Shown piece by piece: positions 44,223 to 53,677 of a stretch of DNA of 64,000 bases; within the stretch, counting starts at the first letter, position 1; each line of letters begins with the position of its first letter. The translations under genes and the position numbers were made by a program. The stretch is from an uncultured Actinomycetes bacterium. Lineage in GTDB: Bacteria > Actinomycetota > UBA4738 > HRBIN12. The notes beneath the pieces are model-generated. The model saw nothing but the letters and a program-made list of their open reading frames with translations. It made no database searches and was not told where the DNA came from. Location of the stretch: NCBI GenBank assembly GCA_963731925.1, contig CAVSXK010000016.1, positions 65,730-129,729 of the forward strand, read 5' to 3'.

Positions 44223-44852
44223 ATGAACCACAGCGAGTATTCGACGCGTGCCTCCATTGGAGGGATCCTGGCGATCATCGGGGGGGCTCTGCTCGCCGTC
44301 GGGTCTTTCCTCCCATGGGCGGAGGTCTCCTGGGGTGGCACGAGCGTAACGGCGCAGGGCATCGACGACTCGTATGGTTACTTCACGCTTGCCGCCGGCA
44401 GCTTTGCCCTCGTCGTCGGGATCGTGATGAGGAGGGGGGCCAAGCGGGAGCTGGCCGTCCTCGCCGTACTCGCCGGGCTCGTTGGCGGTGGGGTGGGCCT
44501 GTACGAGGCGCTGACGATCAGGGACAGCGTCCTCGACGCGGCGGCCGAGCAGCTCGCTCCGAGCTTCGAACTTTCAACCGAGCAGGTGCGGGCGGCGCTG
44601 GACCAGGCGATCGAGACCGGGCAGCTCGGCCTTTCGATCAGCATCGGGTTGTATGCGGTGATCGCAGGTGGCGTCGTCGCCCTGGTCGGAGGGATCGTGG
44701 GTCTGGGTGGTTCGCCGTCCGAGCCTGCAGCCGCCGAGACCTCCTCGGTGGCTCCGGCCGCTCCCGCGGTGACCGACGTCGGCAACGCGCCCTCCGCATC
44801 CTCGGCACCCCCCACCGCCACATCGCCTCCGGCCGACCAGGCGGGTGCCTGA
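44223..44852 (+). CDS. 4-TM membrane protein with Ala/Pro/Ser-rich C-terminal tail
   Basis: The conserved SFLPWAE block, a GIDD loop, and four hydrophobic helices. Paralogous to the next gene. Confidence 0.65.
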   Translation: MNHSEYSTRASIGGILAIIGGALLAVGSFLPWAEVSWGGTSVTAQGIDDSYGYFTLAAGSFALVVGIVMRRGAKRELAVLAVLAGLVGGGVGLYEALTIRDSVLDAAAEQLAPSFELSTEQVRAALDQAIETGQLGLSISIGLYAVIAGGVVALVGGIVGLGGSPSEPAAAETSSVAPAAPAVTDVGNAPSASSAPPTATSPPADQAGA

Positions 44853-45471
44853 GGAAGTGCAGGGACGTTCCGTCGTCGCGGGAGCGCTTGCTCTCGCTGG
44901 AGGCGTGGCCGCGCTCGTGGGTTCGTTCCTCCCTTGGGCCGAGATCACGGCCGGGCCCTTCTCGGAGCAGGCGAGGGGCATCGACGGGTGGGAGGGCAAG
45001 GCGACGATCATCGGCGGTGCGGTCATGATCCTCGCCGGGACCCGCGTCGTCCTGGGATCGCATCAAGCCATCGCTCGGTTGCGGTCTCGTGCCGCGATCG
45101 GCGGTTCGCTGGTCGCAGGGGTCGGTATCTACACCGCGCTCACCGTGAGGGACCAGCTGTTGGACGCGGCCGCGACGCAGCTGCCGAGAGCCGAGGTCGA
45201 GGGCGCCCTGGACACCGGTCTGCTCGAGCTCTCGATCGGCGTGGGGCTCTACCTCGTGATCGCCGGGGGCGCCCAGGGGATCCTCGCCGCGGTGGTCGCG
45301 ATGGGAGCCCGAGACGAGGCCCCCGCCCCGTCCGGCGCAGGCTTGCGGGGATGGTCCAGCGGCCCGGGGGACTCTCCCGGCGGGTCGGCGACGCCTCCGC
45401 GACCCGCCGTCACGGACATCCCGCCGCCACCGGGCCGTGCGCCGAACGAGGGCGGTGGCTCGACGGGGTGA
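44845..45471 (+). CDS. 4-TM membrane protein, tandem paralogue of the preceding gene
   Basis: Shares the motifs SFLPWAE, GIDG, TVRDQLLDAAATQL and LSIGVGLYLVIAGG. GTG start overlaps the upstream stop by 8 nt. Confidence 0.65.
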   Translation: MPEEVQGRSVVAGALALAGGVAALVGSFLPWAEITAGPFSEQARGIDGWEGKATIIGGAVMILAGTRVVLGSHQAIARLRSRAAIGGSLVAGVGIYTALTVRDQLLDAAATQLPRAEVEGALDTGLLELSIGVGLYLVIAGGAQGILAAVVAMGARDEAPAPSGAGLRGWSSGPGDSPGGSATPPRPAVTDIPPPPGRAPNEGGGSTG

Positions 45472-45872
45472 ACACGCAGGAGCATCGCCTCGACACGGGG
45501 GGTCGCCGGGTCCTCGACGTGACCGAACTGGTGCTGGCGTTCTGCTCGTCCGACGGGCGCGACGGTCTGGTCAACGTCTTCGTCCCGCATGCGACGGCGG
45601 GGGTGGCGCTCATGGAGACGGGCTCGGGCTCGGAGGAGGACCTCCAGGAGCTGCTCGAGCGGATCCTGCCGCGCGACGACCGCTACCGGCACCGGCACGG
45701 CTCGATCGGGCACGGTGGCGACCACCTCCTGCCGGTCGTGGTGTCTCCCTCGCTCTCGATCCCGGTGGACGGAGGCCGGCCGTTGCTCGGCACGTGGCAG
45801 CGGGTGGTCGTCGTCGACCCCAACCGGGAAAACGACGAACGGCTCCTGCGTCTCACGTTCGTGCCGGCCTGA
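45468..45872 (+). CDS. YjbQ/UPF0047 family protein (secondary thiamine-phosphate synthase-like)
   Basis: The motifs LVNVFVPHATAGV and LLGTWQRVVVVD are present. GTG start overlaps the upstream stop. Confidence 0.8.
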   Translation: MNTQEHRLDTGGRRVLDVTELVLAFCSSDGRDGLVNVFVPHATAGVALMETGSGSEEDLQELLERILPRDDRYRHRHGSIGHGGDHLLPVVVSPSLSIPVDGGRPLLGTWQRVVVVDPNRENDERLLRLTFVPA

Positions 45873-45897
45873 CTCGGACGAGCCGCCGTCCCCAGTC

Positions 45898-46284
45898 CTA
45901 CAGGTACATCCCCGGTTGACGCTCCTTGCCGTCCGGCGATGCGGATACCGCCTGGACGTCGCGCTCCCGGAGCAGCAGGCAGTCACGGCCATCGAGCTCG
46001 ACCTCGAGCCCGGCCTGGGGCAGATACAGGATCGTGTCGCCCGTCTTCGCGGTGCGTACGTCGGGTCCGACCAAGAGCACGTCGCCCCACACGCAACGCT
46101 TCGGGGCGGGTGCGGCGGTCGCGGGGATCAGCAACCCGCTCCGAGACGTGCGTTCGCCGTTGTCGGGGTTCTCCACCACGATGCGGTCGCCGGTCAAACG
46201 GATGTCGTCGGTCCTCGTCGTGTGGGAGCGCTTCTTCCGCGCCTTCGACGGGCGGGGTTTCGAGGTCTTGGCGGCGTCGGCCAT
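45898..46284 (-). CDS. GroES-family (Cpn10-fold) protein with basic N-terminal extension
   Basis: The C-terminal 100 aa align to the GroES pattern (SGLLIP...P..G.V..VGP...GD.ILY...G.E...DG.D.LLL.E.DV.AV). The rest of the 498-aa track ORF is antisense to prmC. Confidence 0.6.
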   Translation of the reverse strand: MADAAKTSKPRPSKARKKRSHTTRTDDIRLTGDRIVVENPDNGERTSRSGLLIPATAAPAPKRCVWGDVLLVGPDVRTAKTGDTILYLPQAGLEVELDGRDCLLLRERDVQAVSASPDGKERQPGMYL

Positions 46285-46371
46285 GGCAGCGATTGTAGCC
46301 GCGCTCCCACGGGCGGCAGGGTGACGGCACCCGCCCGCGGGTACGATGCTCGCCCGAAGAAGGCGAGGCCG

Positions 46372-47235
46372 ATGAACGCGAGCAAGGTACTCTCGGACGC
46401 CGTCGCGAGGCTCAAGGCGTCGACGGCGATCGACCATTGGCAACGCGATCGCGAGGAGATCGAGGCCGACGAGCTGCTGAGCTTCGCGCTCGGCGTGGAC
46501 CGGATCGACCCCAAGGCGGATGTCCCGGCGGGCGTCCGCCGCCGTTTCGATCGCATGATCGCCCGTCGAGCCACCGGCGAACCGGTGCAGCTCATCACCG
46601 GCCATGCCGTGTTCCGGGGACTCGAGATCGTGGCGCGCCCGGGCGTGTTCGTCCCACGCGATTCGACCGAGTACCTCGCCGAACAGGCGATCCGCAGGCT
46701 CCGAGGCCGCCGGCGCCCGGTCGCCGTCGACCTCGCGACGGGCGGCGGAACGGTGGCCCTGGCGATCGCGAACGAGGTACGTGGGGTGCGCGTGTTCGGG
46801 ACGGACATCTCGCTCACCGCCGTGCGGGTCGCGAGAGAGAACGCCGCGGCGCTCCATCTCCGCGCGACGTTCATCAAGGGGGATCTCTTCGGCGGCCTGC
46901 CGTCGGAGCTCGAGGGGCGCGTCGACGTGATCACCCTTCATCCGCCGTACGTCGCTCGCGACGAGCTGCGCGAGCTCCCCGAGGAGATCCGGCGGTTCGA
47001 ACCGGTCCATACGCTCAGCGACCGCAGCCCGGACGGACTCGGGCTGGTGGGCCGGGCCGCGTCGGAAGGGCCCCGATGGCTGAGGCCGGGGGGCTGGCTG
47101 CTGATCGAGGTGAGTCCGGATCGTTCGCGCTCGGTGGCATCGGTGTTGCGGCGGAACGGGTTCGGGGACGTTCGGAGCACGATGGACCGGGGGTTCAAGG
47201 TGACCCGGGTGCTCGTCGCCCGTTGGCCGGGCTGA
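46372..47235 (+). CDS. prmC: release factor glutamine methyltransferase PrmC/HemK
   Basis: A class I SAM MTase carrying DLATGGG and the NPPY-type motif HPPY. Confidence 0.85.
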   Translation: MNASKVLSDAVARLKASTAIDHWQRDREEIEADELLSFALGVDRIDPKADVPAGVRRRFDRMIARRATGEPVQLITGHAVFRGLEIVARPGVFVPRDSTEYLAEQAIRRLRGRRRPVAVDLATGGGTVALAIANEVRGVRVFGTDISLTAVRVARENAAALHLRATFIKGDLFGGLPSELEGRVDVITLHPPYVARDELRELPEEIRRFEPVHTLSDRSPDGLGLVGRAASEGPRWLRPGGWLLIEVSPDRSRSVASVLRRNGFGDVRSTMDRGFKVTRVLVARWPG

Positions 47236-47292
47236 GCGAGCCTCGTCGTAGATGAGCGCGCCGAACCGATCCGTGCCGGTCGAAGGGGGTGC

Positions 47293-47320
47293 GGGGGGCC
47301 GGTGCCTGACCCGGCCCCCC
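47293..47320. terminator. 10-bp GC hairpin between the convergent prmC and small ORF (bidirectional terminator candidate)
   Basis: GGGGGGCCGG-N8-CCGGCCCCCC. Confidence 0.5.
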
Positions 47321-47414
47321 GCTCGAGAGGGGGCGCGTTCCTCTCGTTGGCGGTTGGAACCGTACCGTGGGTCTGTGACGACCCGGCGGCGCATCGGTGT
47401 CGGCGCCGTGAACG

Positions 47415-47585
47415 CTAGTGCTTGATCGGCCAGGTGGCGGCCGCGAGCGCGGCGCGTCCGATCCTCCGGGTGATGCCCCGCGACTCCATGGCCTTGCCCT
47501 TGCGTGTCGAACGGGCCAGACGCGCGGCCTCGGCCTCACGAACGCGATCGGCGATCTGGTGCCGGGCCATCTCTCCGCTCAGCAT
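47415..47585 (-). CDS. 56-aa basic hypothetical protein
   Basis: A strong GAAGGAGG RBS 6 nt upstream of the ATG. The ORF is MLSGEMARHQIADRVREAEAARLARSTRKGKAMESRGITRRIGRAALAAATWPIKH. Confidence 0.5.
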   Translation of the reverse strand: MLSGEMARHQIADRVREAEAARLARSTRKGKAMESRGITRRIGRAALAAATWPIKH

Positions 47586-47851
47586 CTCCGAACCTCCTTC
47601 TGGAACCTTCGCGCACGGTACGTCCGCGCCGTGGTCGCGAGCGGTGACGTCGCTCACGACCGCGGGGTGACGTCCGTCACGTTGCACGCCGGCCGCTCGA
47701 GGTCGAAGATGCGGCCCGTGATCCCGTCGATTCGCGCTCGGAGCGCGCCTGTTCGTGGCCGTCCTCGTCTGGATCGCTGGCCTCCCCGGGACCGGCTGGC
47801 GGCGCAGTCCGCTTCGCCGAGCCCTAGCGCGGTCCGAGCGTCGCGGGCCAG

Positions 47852-50582
47852 GTGACCGGCGCCCTCGCGGCCGGCTCCAGGCTCACCATCCGTGTCGACG
47901 CGACGATGCCGGGTGGCTGGGAGGCCCTCCATCTCGTGGAGGTGGCCATCGTCTCCGGCGAGCGAGGAGCTCGAGCGGACCTGCGCTTCGACATCGAGGA
48001 CAACAAGCTGACGATCGGCGAGCAAGACGTCATCGTGGGAACGGGTGCGGTCGCTACTGGCGAGTACCTGCGCGTCGGCGGCGCGGACGTCGTCGTGACC
48101 ACCGGCGGCGCGAACCTCTCCTTCGAGGTGGACGCCCGCGTCGTGAAGACCATTCCCGAGAGCTCGCGGTTCGAGCTGAGCGTCGTGGACGATCTCGGGG
48201 CGTCGGCCGAGGTCCTCGAACGCTGGCGGAGCCCGAGGGCGGCGGGATCACCTGGGGGACGGTGGTCGCCCTCATCGCCGCCGCGCTGTTCGCCGGAGGG
48301 TTCGTCGGGAACATGTTCGCGTCCAAGCGCCGGCCACCCGCACGAGCGTCGGTCTACGACGCGGTCCAGCGCCGGCTCGACGATCAGGCGGGCAGTCGGC
48401 CCCGCGCCGATGAGCCGGAGCGTCCGAGCGGGCGTCTACGCGGCTCGTCGAGGACTCGATGGAACGGCCCGAGCGCCAGCGACGGCCGTGGGCTGTGGGA
48501 TCGGCTCGCATGCTGGTCGACCCGACGGAGTTCCGGCCGAAGCTCGCTGACGACATCGAGATGAAGGAGTTCCAGCTACGCTGGGGCAACGACTACGTGA
48601 TGATCGCGAACCCGCGGGATCTCCTGCACTACCGGCTCGAGGCCCGGTGAGATCGAGCTGCTGCCCGCTGATGGACGGCACGCGCACGGTCAAGGAGATC
48701 GTCGTCGAGCGGTTCCGCGAGTCCGGCGACATGGAGCTGTCGGGCGTCGCCGACCTGGTGCGAACGCTTCGGGTCGGCAACTTCCTCGACGGACGCCGTA
48801 CGTCGACGTTCGACGCATGCGTCGAGCGGTCGATCGACACCGCCGAACGCCGCCGCGAGGCCCGGGAGTTCGCGAAGACGCTATCGATCGAATGGAGAGG
48901 GGCGCACCGGCTGGTCAAGTGGCTCTACGGCCACTGCCTGCGGTGGGTCTTCATCCCGGCGGTCGGGGCCGTCGTGTTGCTCGGCGGCGGTCGTCGGCTT
49001 CTTCGCGTTCTGGTCCTCGTACCAGGACGGCACGTTCTCGATCCCGGCGGGTCGCTCGCCGCGAATCGCTCATCCTGCTGGGATCGACTACTTCCTGATG
49101 TTCATGCACGAGCTCGGGCATGCGGTCGTCCTCGTGCACAACGGGCGACGGATCAAGAGCGCCGGGTTCATGATCTACTTCGGATCGCCGGCGTTCTTCG
49201 TCGACTGCTCGGACGGCCTGATGATGGACCGGGGCAAGCGGATCGTGCAGTCGTTCGCCGGCCCGTTCGCGGAGCTCGTCCTCGCCGGCTCGCCTCGGCG
49301 ATCGTCGCCTGGTCGTTCCCGGAGTGGTCGCTCGCGCCGAGCCGTTCTACAAGTTCGCGGTCCTGAACTACTTCGTGATCTTCATGAACCTGATCCCGCT
49401 GCTCGAGCTCGACGGCTACTGCATCCTCGCGGACCTGATCCAGGTCCCCGACCTGCGCCGAAGTCGCTCGCAGTTCATCCGCCACGACCTGTTCCACAAG
49501 ATCCGGCGGCGGGAGCGCTTCACCAAGCAGGAGTCGGGCTCGGCCTGTACGCGATCGTCGGGCGTCGCGTTCACGATCTTCTCCCTCTACTGGTCGGTCT
49601 ACTTCTGGGAGACGGTGTTCGGTGGGCTCGTCGAGCCGGCTGTGGGACGGAGGGTCACCGGCACGCGGTCCTCCTCGTCGCCTGGCGCTGTTCATGACCG
49701 GCCCGCTGATCCGCGGGCTGATCACGCTCCTCCGCTCGCTGTGGCCGGGCGGCGCGAGCGTCTGTCGCGCGATCCGGTTCCGGCTCGAGACCGGGTGGCG
49801 GGTGGAGGCAGCCGAGCTGATCGACGCGCTCCCGATGTTCGAGGACATCCCGGTGGACGTGCTCTGCACGAGATCGCCGGGCCGCGTCCGGCTCCGAGAT
49901 CCTCGGCTGGCAAGTCGGTCTTCCGCCAGGGCGACCGACCCGACGCGTTCTACGTCGTGCGCAAGGGCGTCCTCGAGGTGGTCGAGGAGGATCCGAGAAC
50001 GGGCAAGGAGCGCTCGATCCGGACGCTCGGCCGAGGCGAGTCGTTCGGGGAGCTCGGGCTGGTGACCGGCGCGCCGCGGGCCGCGACCGTGCGCGCCGTG
50101 GAGGACGCCGAGGTGTTCGAGGTGGACAAGGGCGACCTTCGACATCTGCTCGCCGACAAGCTCCAGCTGCCCGACTTCGAGCCGACGCTCCAACAGGTCG
50201 CCGAGCTCCGAGAGCTGCCCTGCTTCGCCTCCCTGGGGACCGACGCAGCTATCGGAGCTGCTCGATCGGGGCGCATGGCGTGAACGTCGCTCCGGGCGAG
50301 CAGATCATCGAGCAGGGCGAGGAAGGGGATTCGTTCTATGCGATCTGGTCCGGCCAGGTCGACGTCGTCAAGGACGAGAGGCTGGTGACGACGATCGGCC
50401 CCGGATCGTATTTCGGCGAGGTCGCCCTGCTGATGGACGTGCCCCGGACGGCAACCGTGGTGGCACGCACGCCCGCCGCGGCTCTTCCGGCTGGACCGGG
50501 AGGGTTCGAGCAGGCTGGTCGCTGGAGCGTTCCGGCGGGGGACGCTCGATCCTCGCACGTCGGTCGGACGTCGCAGCACTGA
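47852..50582 (+). pseudogene. multiply frameshifted gene(s): N-terminal domain + TM, peptidase M50 (site-2 protease, HELGH) core, two cNMP-binding domains
   Basis: Recognisable protein segments succeed one another in frames 2, 1, 0, 2, 0, 2, 1, 0/2, 1, 0. Examples are the HELGHAVVL zinc site (frame 0 at 49098), FGELGLVTGAPRAATVRA (frame 1) and FGEVALLMDVPRTATVVA (frame 0). At least 10 frame changes occur in 2.7 kb. Confidence 0.55.
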
Positions 50583-50602
50583 TGAGCGACGAGAGGCGGA
50601 GA

Positions 50603-50825
50603 CGATGGACTGCTGGCACTGCCAGCGAAGACCGCGGTCGGGGCTGCCGCTTCTGTGGCCGAGGGATCTGCGAGGACCACGTCGAGACGCACCCGTTCAT
50701 CCTCGAGCTGTTCCGGGCCAGTGACGTCACCCAGGGCGCTCGTCGTCGAGGACGCCTTGTTCTGCGGGGCGTGCACGCCCCGGCCCGATCCCCTCGACCT
50801 GCCCGAACTCGACATCGAAATGTGA
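50603..50825 (+). pseudogene. DUF2180-like zinc-ribbon mini-protein, at least 2 frameshifts
   Basis: MDCWHC (one frame), GCRFCGRGICEDHVETHPFILELF (second frame) and ALVVEDALFCGACTPRP...DIEM* (third frame) together rebuild a two-CxxC protein of ~73 aa. Confidence 0.45.
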
Positions 50826-51206
50826 CGTACGTCACCGGTCTCGATGTGACGGAGGTCACATGCGGAGCGGTGACGCGCGACACACCGATCTGAGTGACGC
50901 ACGAGCACGATGATGCTGCACATGGAATCGCAAGCCCACGAGGGCCAGAGCGACGGGGGAGGTGACGATCGTGGCGGAGAAGAAGATCTCCCCGAAGGCG
51001 CCGGCCGCGAAGAGCAAGAAGGAGTACGGCGAAGGCGGCGGCGCACCCGTGTGTCCAAGAAGAGGATCAAGCGGGTCAAGAGGGTCAAGAAGCAGCTGGC
51101 AGATAGATCGCGAAATCCGATCTCCGCACGGCCGGGCTCCGGATTTTCGGGGCCCGGCCTCGTGGCGTTCCCGGGACCATTCGCGAGGGCGACCGGGAGG
51201 CTAGCT

Positions 51207-51933
51207 GTGACGACGCTTGCACCCGTGCCGACGACGGAGCTCAGCGACGCGCTCCTCGAGGGGATGGCCCGAACGCCCCTGTTCGAGGGGGCGTCGCAGA
51301 GACGATCTCGCGCCTCGCCGCGCAGGGCGTGACGCGCCGGTTCCGGCGGGGGACCTACCTGTTCCATCAGGGTGACGAGGCGCCGGACGTCTACTTCCTC
51401 GTCAGCGGTCGCGTGGAGATCAGCTCGCTGTCCTCCGACGGGCACCGCCAGCTCCACACGACGCTCGACGTGCCGCAGTTCTTCGGCGAGCTCGGCGTGC
51501 TCGGTGACCAGCCGCAGGTCGGCGGCGGCTCTCGCGCTCGGAGGATTCGGAGGCCTGGCGGGCGAGCGGTCCCGTGCTCCTCGACTTCCTGATCGAGGAG
51601 CCCACGGCCGCCAGGGCGTTGCTCCGGGCGCTCGCCCGACAGGTGTTGTCGCAGGAGGCCTTCGTCGAGGACCTGCTCTACCTCGATCTGAAGGGCCGCG
51701 TCGCCAAACGGCTCCTCCAGCTGGTCTCGCCGTCGCTCGACGAGCTCCCGGCCGATGGTGCGGTCGTGCCGTCGATCGTGACGCACGCGGACCTCGCGAG
51801 CCTGTGTGGCGGCAGTCGCGAGAACGTCACGCGGATCCTGTCCGACTTCCAGCGCCGCGGGTTCGTCGAGCGCGACGGCAAGCGGTTCGTCTTGAAGAAG
51901 ATCTCCGGGCTCGCCAAGCTGGCCGGCCTCTGA
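51207..51933 (+). pseudogene. Crp/Fnr-family transcriptional regulator (cNMP-binding + HTH), 2 frameshifts
   Basis: The N-terminus is in frame 0 (...MARTPLFEGAS) and the cNMP core in frame 2 (RRFRRGTYLFHQGDEAPDVYFLVSGRVEI...FGELGVLGD). The C-terminal HTH is in frame 1 (THADLASLCGGSRENVTRILSDFQRRGFV). Confidence 0.6.
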
Positions 51934-51938
51934 GACCG

Positions 51939-52259
51939 ATGTCCTATCGCACGTTCCGTCGCAGGCTGAGCGAGGCGACGGCCGCCTACGATTGGCTCGA
52001 GGGCGTCTCGTTCGTCCTCGGGCTGGGGTTCCTGCTCCTCGCGGTCCTGTGCGTCTGGGGGATCGTGACGGCGATCGTGAACATCGGCGACACGGAGGCT
52101 CCGCCGGAGACGCCCGTGGTGGTCGGCTTCCTCGAGGTGACCCGCGGGTTCGCGATCGTGCTGTTCGCCGTGTTCGGTCTGGTCGCGTTCGGCGTCGGGT
52201 GGTTCCTCGCCGGCGACACGTTCAAAGGGTGGTTCGCTCGCGCCAGGTCGCGGAGCTGA
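51939..52259 (+). CDS. small two-TM membrane protein
   Basis: 106 aa with hydrophobic segments GVSFVLGLGFLLLAVLCVWGIV and FAIVLFAVFGLVAFGVGWFLA. Confidence 0.5.
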   Translation: MSYRTFRRRLSEATAAYDWLEGVSFVLGLGFLLLAVLCVWGIVTAIVNIGDTEAPPETPVVVGFLEVTRGFAIVLFAVFGLVAFGVGWFLAGDTFKGWFARARSRS

Positions 52260-52269
52260 CGGCTTCGGG

Positions 52270-53298
<1,029 letters not shown>

Positions 53299-53311
53299 GC
53301 GAGCTCCCAGC

Positions 53312-53596
53312 CTACTCGGCCGACGGGCTTCGGCCCTCGGGAGGTGAGGCGGGCAGGAGCCGCTCGAGCGTGGCGAGCGCGGCCGCGAGCGCATCTGCTC
53401 GCGAGACGCCGCCGGCCACGCTCCCGCCCGTCGCCGAGCCGAGGAGGAAGGCCGCGAGCGGCGTGATCTTGCGTTCGACCCGGTGCGCGACCTCCCGGGA
53501 GACTCCGAGGAGCCGCGTGGTCTCGCTTTCGGACAGGGGATCTTCTCCGAGCGCCGCTGCCAGCCGATCGATCCAGTCCTCCATGGATGCCTCCAT
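53312..53596 (-). CDS. small hypothetical protein immediately upstream of moaA
   Basis: 94 aa, high third-position GC, and its stop lies 14 nt before the moaA start. It is the only credible part of the long antisense track ORF. Confidence 0.55.
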   Translation of the reverse strand: MEASMEDWIDRLAAALGEDPLSESETTRLLGVSREVAHRVERKITPLAAFLLGSATGGSVAGGVSRADALAAALATLERLLPASPPEGRSPSAE

Positions 53597-53677
53597 CGCC
53601 GTCGCGGTCAGCACCGTAGTACGAACGGTGCCGGCCGGGTACGGACGGGCTCGGGGCGCGTCTGGCAGGATGGGTGC

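Noticed and set aside
46285-47394. Upstream 370 codons of the 498-aa minus-strand ORF
   Set aside because: They are antisense to prmC. Only the GroES-like C-terminal part is kept.
50910-51206. 140-aa ORF upstream of the Crp-like gene
   Set aside because: It is mostly Arg/Glu low-complexity. A lysine-rich small ORF at 50962-51206 in another frame may be real but is itself frameshifted. It is discussed in the cNMP-block finding rather than called as a gene.
53299-53677. Moco riboswitch upstream of moaA
   Set aside because: The space is occupied by a well-supported small CDS. No Moco-motif-like structure was seen.
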